From the NCBI GenBank assembly GCA_017608405.1, contig JAFCFX010000003.1, positions 1 through 51,799 of the forward strand: a DNA stretch of 51,799 bases. Reading direction: 5' to 3'. Position numbers and translations under genes: made by a program. Under the pieces are notes generated by a model, which did not search any database, had not been told where the DNA came from, and saw only the letters and a list, made by a program, of their open reading frames with translations. How positions within the stretch are numbered: position 1 is the first letter of the stretch; the number at the start of each line of letters is the position of its first letter. Shown piece by piece: positions 29,783 to 38,687 of this stretch. Source of the stretch: Candidatus Pacearchaeota archaeon (GTDB lineage Archaea > Nanobdellota > Nanobdellia > Pacearchaeales > GW2011-AR1).

Positions 29783-30724
29783 TTAATCTTCTCCAATAGG
29801 ATTTGAGAACTCTTTACTGATTTTTTTTAATCTCTTTTTTTGTTCTTTATCGAGTTTTATTTTTTTAGTCTTAGGTTTTTTCTCTGCTTGTTCTTGTATT
29901 TCTTGTTTTAGATCTGCAAAGGGATCTGGATTATGTTTTATATAGGTTTTATGCAACCAAATATAGATTTCTTCAAAATGATTTTCTTGTTCTAACCAAA
30001 CTTTTTTTTGGTCTTCAAGATGCAATAAAGGGGAAAAGGCAATTATTCTTTCTTCTCTATTTTTTCCAATAAAGTCTGTAAATGAAACTTTTCTTTTTTC
30101 ATTGTTTTGTTCAAAATGGGAAAATAAATTATCATAAATCTCTCTTATTTTATTCTTAATACTAAATTTTCTCTTGGGTAATGCAATTCCTGTTTCTCTT
30201 AAGGCATTTCTATTGATTATTTCTTTTTTAATACGCCTATTCTCTGTTGTAATGGCTTTGTTTAAGGATTCCATGAGTTCTTGAAGTGTAACTTTTCTAA
30301 ATCTTGGCATTGGGCTTCTTGGAACAAGTTCGGGAATTTCTTCATCAAGTTCTATTCTTTCTAGAACCGCCTTTTGTTCTGGTTTTTTATCAAAAAGGAT
30401 TTCATCTATGCTTTTGATATATTTATTTAAGAGAATTTCTGACTTAATTCTAAGCAAAAAAGCTGCTGCCAATAACACCTTACTTGAGACAAAAAAGTCT
30501 GTTTCTTCAAGTTGTTGTATTTTTATAAGATATTTATCAGTTAAAATGGTTATATTTACATCCCAAGGATCTAACTGCTCTGTATTGATTAAATCATAAA
30601 TAATCTCTTGCCATGCTATTTCCCTGCTAAATAATAAATCATGAACTTGCTCTTGTTTAGCTGATTCTTTAGATGGATAAGTTGAAATCTCTTGATTTTT
30701 GTCTTGATTTACCTCTTTTGACAT
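29783..30724 (-). CDS. scpA: Segregation/condensation protein A (kleisin)
   Basis: LDPWDVNI, LLAAAFLLRIKS, VTLQELM, LLHLE...LEQENHFEEI. Confidence 0.85.
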   Translation of the reverse strand: MSKEVNQDKNQEISTYPSKESAKQEQVHDLLFSREIAWQEIIYDLINTEQLDPWDVNITILTDKYLIKIQQLEETDFFVSSKVLLAAAFLLRIKSEILLNKYIKSIDEILFDKKPEQKAVLERIELDEEIPELVPRSPMPRFRKVTLQELMESLNKAITTENRRIKKEIINRNALRETGIALPKRKFSIKNKIREIYDNLFSHFEQNNEKRKVSFTDFIGKNREERIIAFSPLLHLEDQKKVWLEQENHFEEIYIWLHKTYIKHNPDPFADLKQEIQEQAEKKPKTKKIKLDKEQKKRLKKISKEFSNPIGED

Positions 30725-30756
30725 CTTAATTATAGAAAACTAGAATTTATAAATTT

Positions 30757-30792
30757 GTGTAGTGCCTAAATAATTAGAGTGAAGTGCCTAAA
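30757..30792. promoter_or_regulatory. Direct repeat GTG(T/A)AGTGCCTAAA x2, 22-nt period, between divergent TATA boxes
   Basis: 30757-30770 and 30779-30792, 13/14 identical. Confidence 0.45.
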
Positions 30793-31026
30793 AAGGTTTA
30801 TATAATTGTCCCTCTAAAAAGACTAAGGTGAAATTTATCACTACTTTAGACTAATTACCGCTTGTCATTCTAAAAGGGTAACAGAAGCGAAACATTTATA
30901 TAGTTGAGCACACTCTATTTTCTATCACCTCTTTTTACCCAGGATAGAGGTCTTGAGATACTATTTTACCTTGAGGCATCTATCCCAGGGTTTTATGCTC
31001 AAATAAGGTTGGTAAATAAACACAAA

Positions 31027-31404
31027 ATGAAAAAAACATTGGCCACACTCGCCTCCTTAGCAATCTTAACAGCTGCTTGTGAGTATCCTCGTTTAAATCA
31101 AAGAACCTTGGATGTTGGGGAAGAAAGACTCGAATTAAGGGAATTAGACAAAAGAAAGAGCCCAATAAATTATTTAACTGTTAAAAGGAGAGATGGAAAA
31201 AAGATTTTTGCTTTTTCACCAAAAAATGATTCATTAATTTATATTGAAGTTGATAATAATATAGAAAAGAAAAAATTCAAATTTGGACCTATATATGATG
31301 CTGCAGTTGAACAACTTTCAAAATATCTAAACATGATTTCAGAAAGAGATTCAGATGATCTTGAAAAAGAACATTCACCTTATCGTTATTTATTTGAAGA
31401 ATAA
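31027..31404 (+). CDS. Putative lipoprotein
   Basis: MKKTLATLASLAILTAA|C lipobox-type signal. Confidence 0.65.
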   Translation: MKKTLATLASLAILTAACEYPRLNQRTLDVGEERLELRELDKRKSPINYLTVKRRDGKKIFAFSPKNDSLIYIEVDNNIEKKKFKFGPIYDAAVEQLSKYLNMISERDSDDLEKEHSPYRYLFEE

Positions 31405-31682
31405 TAATAAATTAAAATAAAAAATTTGAGGGCTTAATAAGAATTAATTATATATTTTTTCTTGCCCATTTATAATCACATTAAAATTAGTAAATAATCA
31501 TCTGGTTACTTACTTCTATTTCTAATTCTATTTCTTATTAATAAAATATTATTTCTAATTCTTGATTAAAGTTGTTAAAAATTAATTGTTTTATCGGACA
31601 GTCTCAGGTATTTGTTTATTCCTTAATCCCCCTTATGATTTAATATGTGGCTGTTAGGGGGTGGATTATTTACTCAAGAAAA

Positions 31683-31946
31683 TTACTCTTTTTTAACTTC
31701 TTCAGGCTTAGCTTCTTTAATCTCTTCTTTTTTCTCTTCTGTCTTTTTACTTTCAAATTCAGAATAATGACATTTACCACAATAGGATCTTCCTTGAGAT
31801 TTCATTAAAAAAACACCTGGTCCACATCTTGGACAAAATCTTTCTCGTGTAACTTTATCCCCTTCTATTTTATACTTACTATATTTCTTACTAGTAGGTT
31901 TATTCTTATGTGGTTTTTTTCCTTTTTTAACAACTTTTTTTGCCAT
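31683..31946 (-). CDS. rps27ae: 30S ribosomal protein S27ae (eS31)
   Basis: FCPRCGPGVFL...YCGKCHY. Confidence 0.93.
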   Translation of the reverse strand: MAKKVVKKGKKPHKNKPTSKKYSKYKIEGDKVTRERFCPRCGPGVFLMKSQGRSYCGKCHYSEFESKKTEEKKEEIKEAKPEEVKKE

Positions 31947-31948
31947 TT

Positions 31949-32341
31949 TTATTGTTTAACTTCTTCAGGTTTTTCTTCTGGTTTAATTTCTGGCTTATTT
32001 TCACTCGCTTCGCTCGGTTGATTGGGGTTATTATCTATATTTTCCTTTTTCTCAGGTTGATTTTTAGATTCAGAACTCAGTCCTCTTTTTGATTGTTTTT
32101 CTACAGCATCTTTTGCTTTTTTTGAATCATAAATATGAGCAGTAATAATACATTCATGTGAACCAAACTTTTCTGAAATTTTTTTAATTTTAATATTTTC
32201 AGGTTTTGTTGAAAATTTTTCAGAAATTAAGTCAAGAACAGCTTCATGGGTTGGGGCTACTTGTGTCTCAACCCCTACTTTAATTTCTTTTCTATTAAAT
32301 AAAGAGTTTTCATTTTCATTAATTATTTTGAAGTCTTTCAT
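31949..32341 (-). CDS. rps24e: 30S ribosomal protein S24e with C-terminal extension
   Basis: NSLFNRKEI, KFGS, AHIYDS; synteny with spt4 and rps27ae. Confidence 0.88.
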   Translation of the reverse strand: MKDFKIINENENSLFNRKEIKVGVETQVAPTHEAVLDLISEKFSTKPENIKIKKISEKFGSHECIITAHIYDSKKAKDAVEKQSKRGLSSESKNQPEKKENIDNNPNQPSEASENKPEIKPEEKPEEVKQ

Positions 32342-32348
32342 TGTAGAA

Positions 32349-32540
32349 TTATTTAGTCTTAATAGCAAAATTACCTTTGTTTTTTAAATTTAATTTTTTA
32401 GCTATTTCTGAATTTTCTGGATCTAATATAACTATTCTTCCTTTAAATGAGTCTGTTGATTCTTTTGCTTCACACTTTGGACACTTTTCTCCTGTCTCAT
32501 ATATTGTGTTGCAAATCTTGCATGCTTTTGATTTTACCAT
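32349..32540 (-). CDS. spt4: Transcription elongation factor Spt4 (RpoE'')
   Basis: KACKIC...CPKC, GRIVILDPENSEIAK. Confidence 0.92.
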   Translation of the reverse strand: MVKSKACKICNTIYETGEKCPKCEAKESTDSFKGRIVILDPENSEIAKKLNLKNKGNFAIKTK

Positions 32541-32815
32541 TCTATATCTGTTGCACGTTGTTTTTTAATTATGTGAAAAAAAGGAGGTTTTCGATCTACA
32601 GTGAATGTTTTTGAGGTAGTTAATTCATACTTTGGAGCATATTCTATTCCTCCTATGCAGGTAGACCCCAAACAACTAAATCCTACAATAACCTCTCCAT
32701 TTTCTATTTCCATTCCTTGATCACTTACTCCTGTAATTTCTCCAAGATACTGTCCAAGATCATAATCTCTTAATCCTTTTCCAACATAATCTTTAGCTTT
32801 TCTAATTTCTGACAT
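32534..32815 (-). CDS. Hypothetical protein inserted in the rpoE1-spt4 operon
   Basis: MSEIRKAKDY... ORF tightly packed between neighbours. Confidence 0.55.
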   Translation of the reverse strand: MSEIRKAKDYVGKGLRDYDLGQYLGEITGVSDQGMEIENGEVIVGFSCLGSTCIGGIEYAPKYELTTSKTFTVDRKPPFFHIIKKQRATDIEW

Positions 32816-32816
32816 T

Positions 32817-33029
32817 TTATTTCTTAGCCTCCACAATTTTATAATGTAAAAAACCAAGACGATGTATGTAAGCCTCTCTATTATCAAGTTGTACTTGACC
32901 GGTTTCTGGTAAATATGCTGTAACTTTCCCCATGTAATGTCCCTCTTCTACATTTTCTAATCCCATCCCAATCAAAGACTCTGGAGGGAACAAAACAGCT
33001 AATTCTCCAATATAATTATTTAAGTTCAT
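32817..33029 (-). CDS. Hypothetical small beta-rich protein inserted in the rpoE1-spt4 operon
   Basis: 70-aa ORF with ATGA overlap with rpoE1. Confidence 0.55.
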   Translation of the reverse strand: MNLNNYIGELAVLFPPESLIGMGLENVEEGHYMGKVTAYLPETGQVQLDNREAYIHRLGFLHYKIVEAKK

Positions 33030-33643
33030 TTCTTCTTGCCTCCCTTTGCTTTAGCACCTTTAGCTTCTTTATCTGCAGCTTTGGCAGCCTTTGCTGCTTC
33101 TTTTTGTTTTTTAGCTTGATCTTCTTTAATCCACTCTAATTTTCCTAATCCAGGCTGTCTCATTGTTAATCCTATTTTTGGTTCATCTCCTTTATGACTC
33201 AATGCTACAACTCTTGCTAAACACAAATCTCCTGTTTTCAAACTCCTTTTGCTTGCTTTTCCGAGTAAAGAATTTGCTTTACTAAAACTAACATAATCAT
33301 CCATTGTTTGACTAATATGAATCATCCCTCTCATTGCACTCATATCAATAAAAGCTCCGAAACTTGTTATCTCAGAAATTGTTCCGAAGACAAGTTCTTG
33401 TAATTCTGGTTTCCAAACAAGTAATTTAAACTTAGCACCATAATAAACAACTCCTTCTCCAGGAATTATTACCCCTTCTCCAACTTCCATTATCTCAATA
33501 ACAGAAACAACTTTTCCTAATTCTTTATCATAATAATCTGTATAGGTTTCTCTAAGCTGTTTATCGACAGCTTCTATAGTAGGTAAACCAAATAGTTTTG
33601 GCTCTACTCTAATATGGTCTTCAACTTCTGTAATATAAAACAT
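33026..33643 (-). CDS. rpoE1: DNA-directed RNA polymerase subunit E' (Rpo7)
   Basis: GEGVIIPGEG, FGAFI...GMIHISQ S1 domain, KIGLTMRQPGLGKLEW. Confidence 0.95.
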   Translation of the reverse strand: MFYITEVEDHIRVEPKLFGLPTIEAVDKQLRETYTDYYDKELGKVVSVIEIMEVGEGVIIPGEGVVYYGAKFKLLVWKPELQELVFGTISEITSFGAFIDMSAMRGMIHISQTMDDYVSFSKANSLLGKASKRSLKTGDLCLARVVALSHKGDEPKIGLTMRQPGLGKLEWIKEDQAKKQKEAAKAAKAADKEAKGAKAKGGKKK

Positions 33644-33684
33644 TTTAGATGAAAAAGATAGTAAATTTTGCTTTAAAAAGCTTA

Positions 33685-34032
33685 TTATATGAGTTCTAAC
33701 TTGTTTTTTGATCTAATGACTAATTTATGGTTCTTTGTTTTACTTTTTATTTCTCTATCAAGAGTTGCTATAACAGCATCTTTGTTTTTTTCTGCAAACC
33801 TAATTATTAATTTATCGACATGGCCTTTGCCTAAATCAACTGTTTTAAATTTATTTTTTTGTAATATTTTTAAGGCAAGTTCTGCATTTTTATTTTTTAA
33901 TCTTTTGATTTCTGCTATTACTTGTTTAGGAATTATAATTTGGAAACCTCTAAGTTTTAAATCTTCAAAAAAATCAATTTTTTGCTTTATACACATCACT
34001 ATAAAACTACTATCTAAGATTGTTTGTTTCAT
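33685..34032 (-). CDS. PIN-domain protein (Fcf1/Utp24-like)
   Basis: ILDSSF, VIAEI, HVD, IATLD; typical position upstream of rpoE1. Confidence 0.85.
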   Translation of the reverse strand: MKQTILDSSFIVMCIKQKIDFFEDLKLRGFQIIIPKQVIAEIKRLKNKNAELALKILQKNKFKTVDLGKGHVDKLIIRFAEKNKDAVIATLDREIKSKTKNHKLVIRSKNKLELI

Positions 34033-34083
34033 AATCTTATTACTATATTAAGGTTTAAATAATCTTTTTTCTATGGTTTTATT

Positions 34084-34644
34084 ATGATTGAAAAAGAAAA
34101 TCTTCTTAAAATTTTTCAAGAAACAAAGAGTGCGATAAAAAAAAGTAATAATATTAGGTTAAAGGAATTAAGTAATCAGACAATTCACACCGCGTCCTTA
34201 AATCAAGATCCAGATAATATTGCTGTGGCAGTTATTGTTTATTCTTTGAGTAAGGTAGAAGAAAGAGAAACCTATAAAAAATATCCTGGGTGGAAAAAGT
34301 TTTACAATGCAATAATGTTGGCAATAGATGGCTCTATAATTGCTCTTGAAAAAAATGATGAAAAATTGTTTAAAGAAAAACTCAAATCAATTAGAGCAGA
34401 AATAGGGAAGCTTTCTGGAAAATTAAAAAGATTTATTGGGGACGTATTTAGAAAAGCAAAAATAAACAAGGCGTCTAGAATTTATGAACATGGTATTTCT
34501 ATGGAAACAACTGCAAAGTTGCTTGGGATTTCTATTTGGGAACTTGCAAATTATGCTGGGCAGACAGGAGTTTCAAATGTTCCCTTGAACAAAACAATGG
34601 ATGCTAAGGAAAGAATTAAATTAGCGCAGGATTTTTTCAAATGA
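34084..34644 (+). CDS. Hypothetical protein with C-terminal HTH-like segment
   Basis: IYEHGISMETTAKLLGISIWEL. Confidence 0.7.
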   Translation: MIEKENLLKIFQETKSAIKKSNNIRLKELSNQTIHTASLNQDPDNIAVAVIVYSLSKVEERETYKKYPGWKKFYNAIMLAIDGSIIALEKNDEKLFKEKLKSIRAEIGKLSGKLKRFIGDVFRKAKINKASRIYEHGISMETTAKLLGISIWELANYAGQTGVSNVPLNKTMDAKERIKLAQDFFK

Positions 34645-35318
34645 AGTGTATTATTTTTGATGCGAGCACTTTAATTACTCTATCAATGAATGGTTTATTT
34701 GAAGAATTTAGAAATTTAAAAAAATCTTTTAATGGAAAATTTATAATAACAAAAGAAGTTAAAAAAGAGATTATTGGCAAGCCATTAACAATAAAAAGAT
34801 TTGAGCTAGAAGCATTAAAACTTAAACAATTATTTGATGAAAAAATTCTTGAGCTTCCAGAAAGTATTGGAATAAATAGCGAAGATGTTTCAAAAAAGAT
34901 TAATAGTTTTTTAGATGTTGCAAATTCGACTTTCGTAGGGAGAGGCAAAGAAATACATTTAATTGATTTGGGAGAATCTTCTTGCTTAGCTTTGAGTGAG
35001 ATTTTAAATAAGAAAAAAATTGAAAACATAATTGCTGTTGATGAAAGAACAATGAGGATGTTGTGTGAAATGCCTGAAAATTTAAACAGATTGCTCGGTA
35101 AAAAACTACACACAAGAATAACTTCAAAAAAAGAAAATTTCAAACATTTTCAAGGGTTTAAATTAATTAGGTCTGCTGAATTAGTTTATATTGCATACAA
35201 AAAAGGACTTATAAAATTAAAAGATGGTCCTGTTCTTGATGCTTTACTTTACGCTGTCAAATTCAAAGGATGCTCAATTTCTGATGAAGAAATAGAAGAG
35301 ATAAAAAAACTAAGATAG
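34641..35318 (+). CDS. PIN-like domain protein
   Basis: IIFDASTLI, EVKKE, DLGESS, AVDER acidic PIN-type motifs. Confidence 0.7.
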   Translation: MKCIIFDASTLITLSMNGLFEEFRNLKKSFNGKFIITKEVKKEIIGKPLTIKRFELEALKLKQLFDEKILELPESIGINSEDVSKKINSFLDVANSTFVGRGKEIHLIDLGESSCLALSEILNKKKIENIIAVDERTMRMLCEMPENLNRLLGKKLHTRITSKKENFKHFQGFKLIRSAELVYIAYKKGLIKLKDGPVLDALLYAVKFKGCSISDEEIEEIKKLR

Positions 35319-35359
35319 ATAAAGTTAAAAACAAATTATTTCTATTAATATTACCACTT

Positions 35360-35474
35360 GGGTGCGTAGTTTAGTGGTAAAATGGGCGGCTCCAGAGAAA
35401 GGCTTTAGTCTTCTCCTCTGTCTTGGTGAAAACGGAGAGACCGTCAGCTGGGGGTTCGATTCCCTCCGCGCCCA
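35360..35474 (+). tRNA. tRNA-Trp(CCA) with 44-nt intron at 37/38 (intron 35396-35439)
   Basis: GGGTGCG/CGCGCCC acceptor, GGCGG/CCGTC anticodon stem, BHB helix CTCC/GGAG with AG|A bulges. Confidence 0.92.
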
Positions 35475-35540
35475 TGGATGCGAATTTTAATTCGCGAACA
35501 TTGACGAAATCTGTTGATTTCAGTCTTGAGGAAGAATCCA
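35475..35540 (+). repeat. Palindromic element in tRNA-Trp trailer, homologous to the tRNA-Gly intron
   Basis: TGGAT[GCGAATT TT AATTCGC]...[GACGAAATC TGTT GATTTCAGTC]...ATCCA. Confidence 0.75.
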
Positions 35541-35541
35541 A

Positions 35542-35817
35542 ATGAAGGCTCTAAAACCATCAATGAAAGAAAACAAGAGATATCTTTTAATTAGTGGGAA
35601 AAATCTAAAGGAAAATATAGAAAAAGCTATCTTAGATTTTGTCGGAATTGGGGGGATGTCTAAATTGGGGTTGAGTTATATTGAAACAGGAAAAGATTTT
35701 GTTATCATATGCATAAATAGGCAGGCTGTTGATTTAGTAAGGGCTTCTGTATGTGTTTGGCCTGAAAAAATCACAGTAAAAAAGGTTAGTGGAACCTTAA
35801 AAGGTCTGAAAGGGTAA
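35542..35817 (+). CDS. RNase P protein component Pop5/Rpp14-like
   Basis: LKPSMKENKRYL...VSGTLKGL; conserved position before psmA. Confidence 0.82.
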   Translation: MKALKPSMKENKRYLLISGKNLKENIEKAILDFVGIGGMSKLGLSYIETGKDFVIICINRQAVDLVRASVCVWPEKITVKKVSGTLKGLKG

Positions 35818-35905
35818 AATTTAAAAACCCTAACTATTTCTAAATCGTGTAAGGAGAATAAAGAAAACAGATTAAATTATTATTAAATTCTCTAAAAATA
35901 TCAAA

Positions 35906-36628
35906 ATGGACATGCCAATAGACATGCAAAATCAAGCAATGGGCTATGATCGAACTGCGACAATGTTCTCGCCTGAAGGTCATTTGCTCCAAGTTGAATA
36001 TGCAGAAAAAACAGTAAGGCTCGGCACATCAAGTGTTGGTGTAGTTTGTACTGACGGAGTATTTATTTTGGCAGATAAAAGAAAAGATGTTCTTGTTACT
36101 ATGAAATCTGCAAGTAAAATTTATGAGATTGATGAACACATCATGGCAAGTGTAGCTGGAATTATGTCTGATGCTCGGGTTTTAATTGAAAAAGCTCAAG
36201 TATTGGGACAACAGCACAGAGTTACTTATGATTCTCCAATAGAACCTGAGATGATTACAAAAGAAATTTCAAATATAAAACAACAATTTAGTCAATATGG
36301 CGGAGCAAGACCCTTTGGAGTTTCTATAATGATTGCGGGATTAAATGATAAGAAACCAGAACTTTATACAAGTGATGTTACTGGAAACTATCTTTCATAT
36401 AAGGCAAATGCAATTGGAGAAAATGATGAAAAAATAAAAGAAAAATTAAGAGAAAAATATTCAAATGATTTAACAATAAAAAAAGGTGTTAAATTGACTT
36501 TAGATATTTTTAAAGAAATTCAAGAAAAAAAGTTTAATCTTGATAGATTTGAATTAGTTTATATTGATATTAGCGACGGTAAATTAAAACGTGCTGAAGG
36601 TGAAAAAATTAAAGAGTTTATGAAATAA
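35906..36628 (+). CDS. psmA: Proteasome alpha subunit
   Basis: GYDRTATMFSPEGHLLQVEYA, GGARPFGVS. Confidence 0.95.
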   Translation: MDMPIDMQNQAMGYDRTATMFSPEGHLLQVEYAEKTVRLGTSSVGVVCTDGVFILADKRKDVLVTMKSASKIYEIDEHIMASVAGIMSDARVLIEKAQVLGQQHRVTYDSPIEPEMITKEISNIKQQFSQYGGARPFGVSIMIAGLNDKKPELYTSDVTGNYLSYKANAIGENDEKIKEKLREKYSNDLTIKKGVKLTLDIFKEIQEKKFNLDRFELVYIDISDGKLKRAEGEKIKEFMK

Positions 36629-36629
36629 A

Positions 36630-37313
36630 ATGACAAACACATTATCAAGAATAAAAAAGGCAGGGAAAAATTTTGAAATCATTGTTGATTTAGATGATGC
36701 TTTGAAATTTAAAAAAGGAGAAATATCTTCAATAGAAGCAGAAGGAGATAAAGTTTTTACTGATTCAAAAAAAGGAGAGGTTCCATCTGAATCTGATTTA
36801 AAAGAAGCATTTGGAACAACAGATGTTAATGAAATTGTATCAAAAATAGTAAAAGAAGGGGAAGTTCAATTAACTCAAGAACATAGGGGTGCTGAACAAG
36901 AAAAGAAATTTAATCAAGTTGTGGATTTTTTAGCTACAAATGCTGTTGATCCTCAAACAGGTAATCCACATACAACCGAAAGGATTAAAAATGCTTTAGA
37001 ACAATCAAATGTTAACATAAAGAACACGTCAATTGATAACCAGATTAATGATATTCTTTTAGAGATAAGTAAAATTATCCCGATAAAAATTGAGACAAAA
37101 AAAGTCAAGATAACGGTCCCTGCAATGCATACTGGACAAGTTTACGGGATAGTTAATCAATATAAAGAAAAGGAAAACTGGCTTGATGACGGTAGTTTAG
37201 AAGTGCTTGTGAAAATTCCTGCTGGAATGATCATGAACTTTTATGATAAATTAAATTCAATAACGCACGGAAGCGCGTTAACAGAAGAAATACGAGAAAA
37301 CGAAAATGAGTGA
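36630..37313 (+). CDS. Ribosome maturation factor SBDS/Sdo1
   Basis: GKNFEI, FTDSKKG, AFGTTD, VDPQTGNPH. Confidence 0.93.
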   Translation: MTNTLSRIKKAGKNFEIIVDLDDALKFKKGEISSIEAEGDKVFTDSKKGEVPSESDLKEAFGTTDVNEIVSKIVKEGEVQLTQEHRGAEQEKKFNQVVDFLATNAVDPQTGNPHTTERIKNALEQSNVNIKNTSIDNQINDILLEISKIIPIKIETKKVKITVPAMHTGQVYGIVNQYKEKENWLDDGSLEVLVKIPAGMIMNFYDKLNSITHGSALTEEIRENENE

Positions 37314-37989
37314 AAATACAAGAAAAATAATCATACCTGGAGAAATAATTGTAAAAGGAGAAGAATTTTTACCTGGAGATGGAACAGAAAAAAGAGGACA
37401 AGAAATAGTTGCTCTTAGATATGGTTTAGCAGAAGAATCAAATAAACTTGTTAAAGTAATTCCCTTATCAGGGGTTTATCAGCCTAGAAGAGGGAATGTG
37501 GTGATTGGACAAGTTGAAAATATTAATTTCAATGGTTGGTTCCTTAATATTGGTGCTGTTGATAATGGTTTTTTATCTTTAATGGAAGTTCCAAGATATG
37601 TAAACAAGGATGGATTAGAAGAAGTTATGAAAATTGGGGACTCTGTTGTTGTAAAGATCTGGTCAATTAATAAGAGGGGAATTGATTTGAGTATTAAATC
37701 AAGAGGCTTAGGAAAAATAGAAGAAGGATTAATAATCAAAGTAAATCCAAACAAAGTTCCAAGGATTATTGGAAAAGAGGGAAGCATGATAAAAATGATA
37801 AAAGATGAAACAGGATGCAATATAACTGTTGGGCAAAATGGATTAATTTGGATTAAAGGAGATAAAATAGAAAATGAACTTTATGCTAAAAAAGCGATTT
37901 TATTTGTTGCTGAAAAGTCTTTTATATCTGGGTTAACAGATGAAGTTAAAAAATGGTTTGAAAGTGAAAATAAAGGAGGAAAGAAATAA
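37306..37989 (+). CDS. rrp4: Exosome RNA-binding subunit Rrp4
   Basis: VIPLSGVYQP, S1 domain, KH domain VPRIIGKEGSMI, GQNGLIW. Confidence 0.93.
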   Translation: MSENTRKIIIPGEIIVKGEEFLPGDGTEKRGQEIVALRYGLAEESNKLVKVIPLSGVYQPRRGNVVIGQVENINFNGWFLNIGAVDNGFLSLMEVPRYVNKDGLEEVMKIGDSVVVKIWSINKRGIDLSIKSRGLGKIEEGLIIKVNPNKVPRIIGKEGSMIKMIKDETGCNITVGQNGLIWIKGDKIENELYAKKAILFVAEKSFISGLTDEVKKWFESENKGGKK

Positions 37990-38687
37990 TGGTCTTTAAA
38001 AGAGAAGATGGAAGAAAACCTGAAGAATTACGTAAACCAATAAATGCAAAAGTGGGAATTATCCCAAATGCTGATGGTAGTGCGATGTACCAATCAGGGG
38101 AAACTATTGCTATCGCTGCTGTATATGGTCCTAAAGAACATCATCCGAGAAATCAAAGAAACCCCCGGAAAGGAACTTTAAGATGTAATTATAATATGCT
38201 TAGTTTTTCAGTTACAGATAGAATTAGGCCTGGCCCCTCTAGAAGGAGTACTGAAATAAGTAAAATTACAGAATGGGCTTTGACCCCAGTAGTAATGTTA
38301 GAAAAATATCCTAATATGGTTATTGATGTTCACATACACATGATTCAAGCTGACGCTGGAACAAGATGTGCAGGAATTAATGCTGCTGCAATGGCTCTTG
38401 CTCATGCTGGAATCCCTATGAAAAATTTAGTTTCTAGTGTTGCTGCTGGAAAATTAGATAAGACAGTGGTCTTAGATTTGGATAAACATGAAGAAGATTT
38501 TGAAGAAGGAGAAGGATCAACAGATATTCCTATTACAATGACTCCTGATGGAGAAATAACCCATATACAACTTGATGGGAAAATAACAAGTAAACAATTA
38601 AAAGAAGCTATAGAAATGGCAAAAAAAGCAAGTAAAGAAATTTATGAAATTCAGAAAAAAGCTTTGAAAGAGGTGGGAGAAAAATGA
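37989..38687 (+). CDS. rrp41: Exosome subunit Rrp41
   Basis: REDGR, ADGSA, AVYGP, GPSRRSTEIS, ADAGTRCA. Confidence 0.94.
   Translation: MVFKREDGRKPEELRKPINAKVGIIPNADGSAMYQSGETIAIAAVYGPKEHHPRNQRNPRKGTLRCNYNMLSFSVTDRIRPGPSRRSTEISKITEWALTPVVMLEKYPNMVIDVHIHMIQADAGTRCAGINAAAMALAHAGIPMKNLVSSVAAGKLDKTVVLDLDKHEEDFEEGEGSTDIPITMTPDGEITHIQLDGKITSKQLKEAIEMAKKASKEIYEIQKKALKEVGEK

Noticed and set aside
31405..31682. AT-rich 280-nt gap with short TATTTCTAATTCT repeats and a GC hairpin, as a possible replication origin
   Set aside because: No ORB-like repeats or adjacent cdc6/orc1; lies between convergent genes and is better explained as a terminator region
35396..35439. C/D-box guide RNA inside the tRNA-Trp intron, as in some euryarchaea
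   Set aside because: Intron is only 44 nt with no clear RUGAUGA or CUGA boxes
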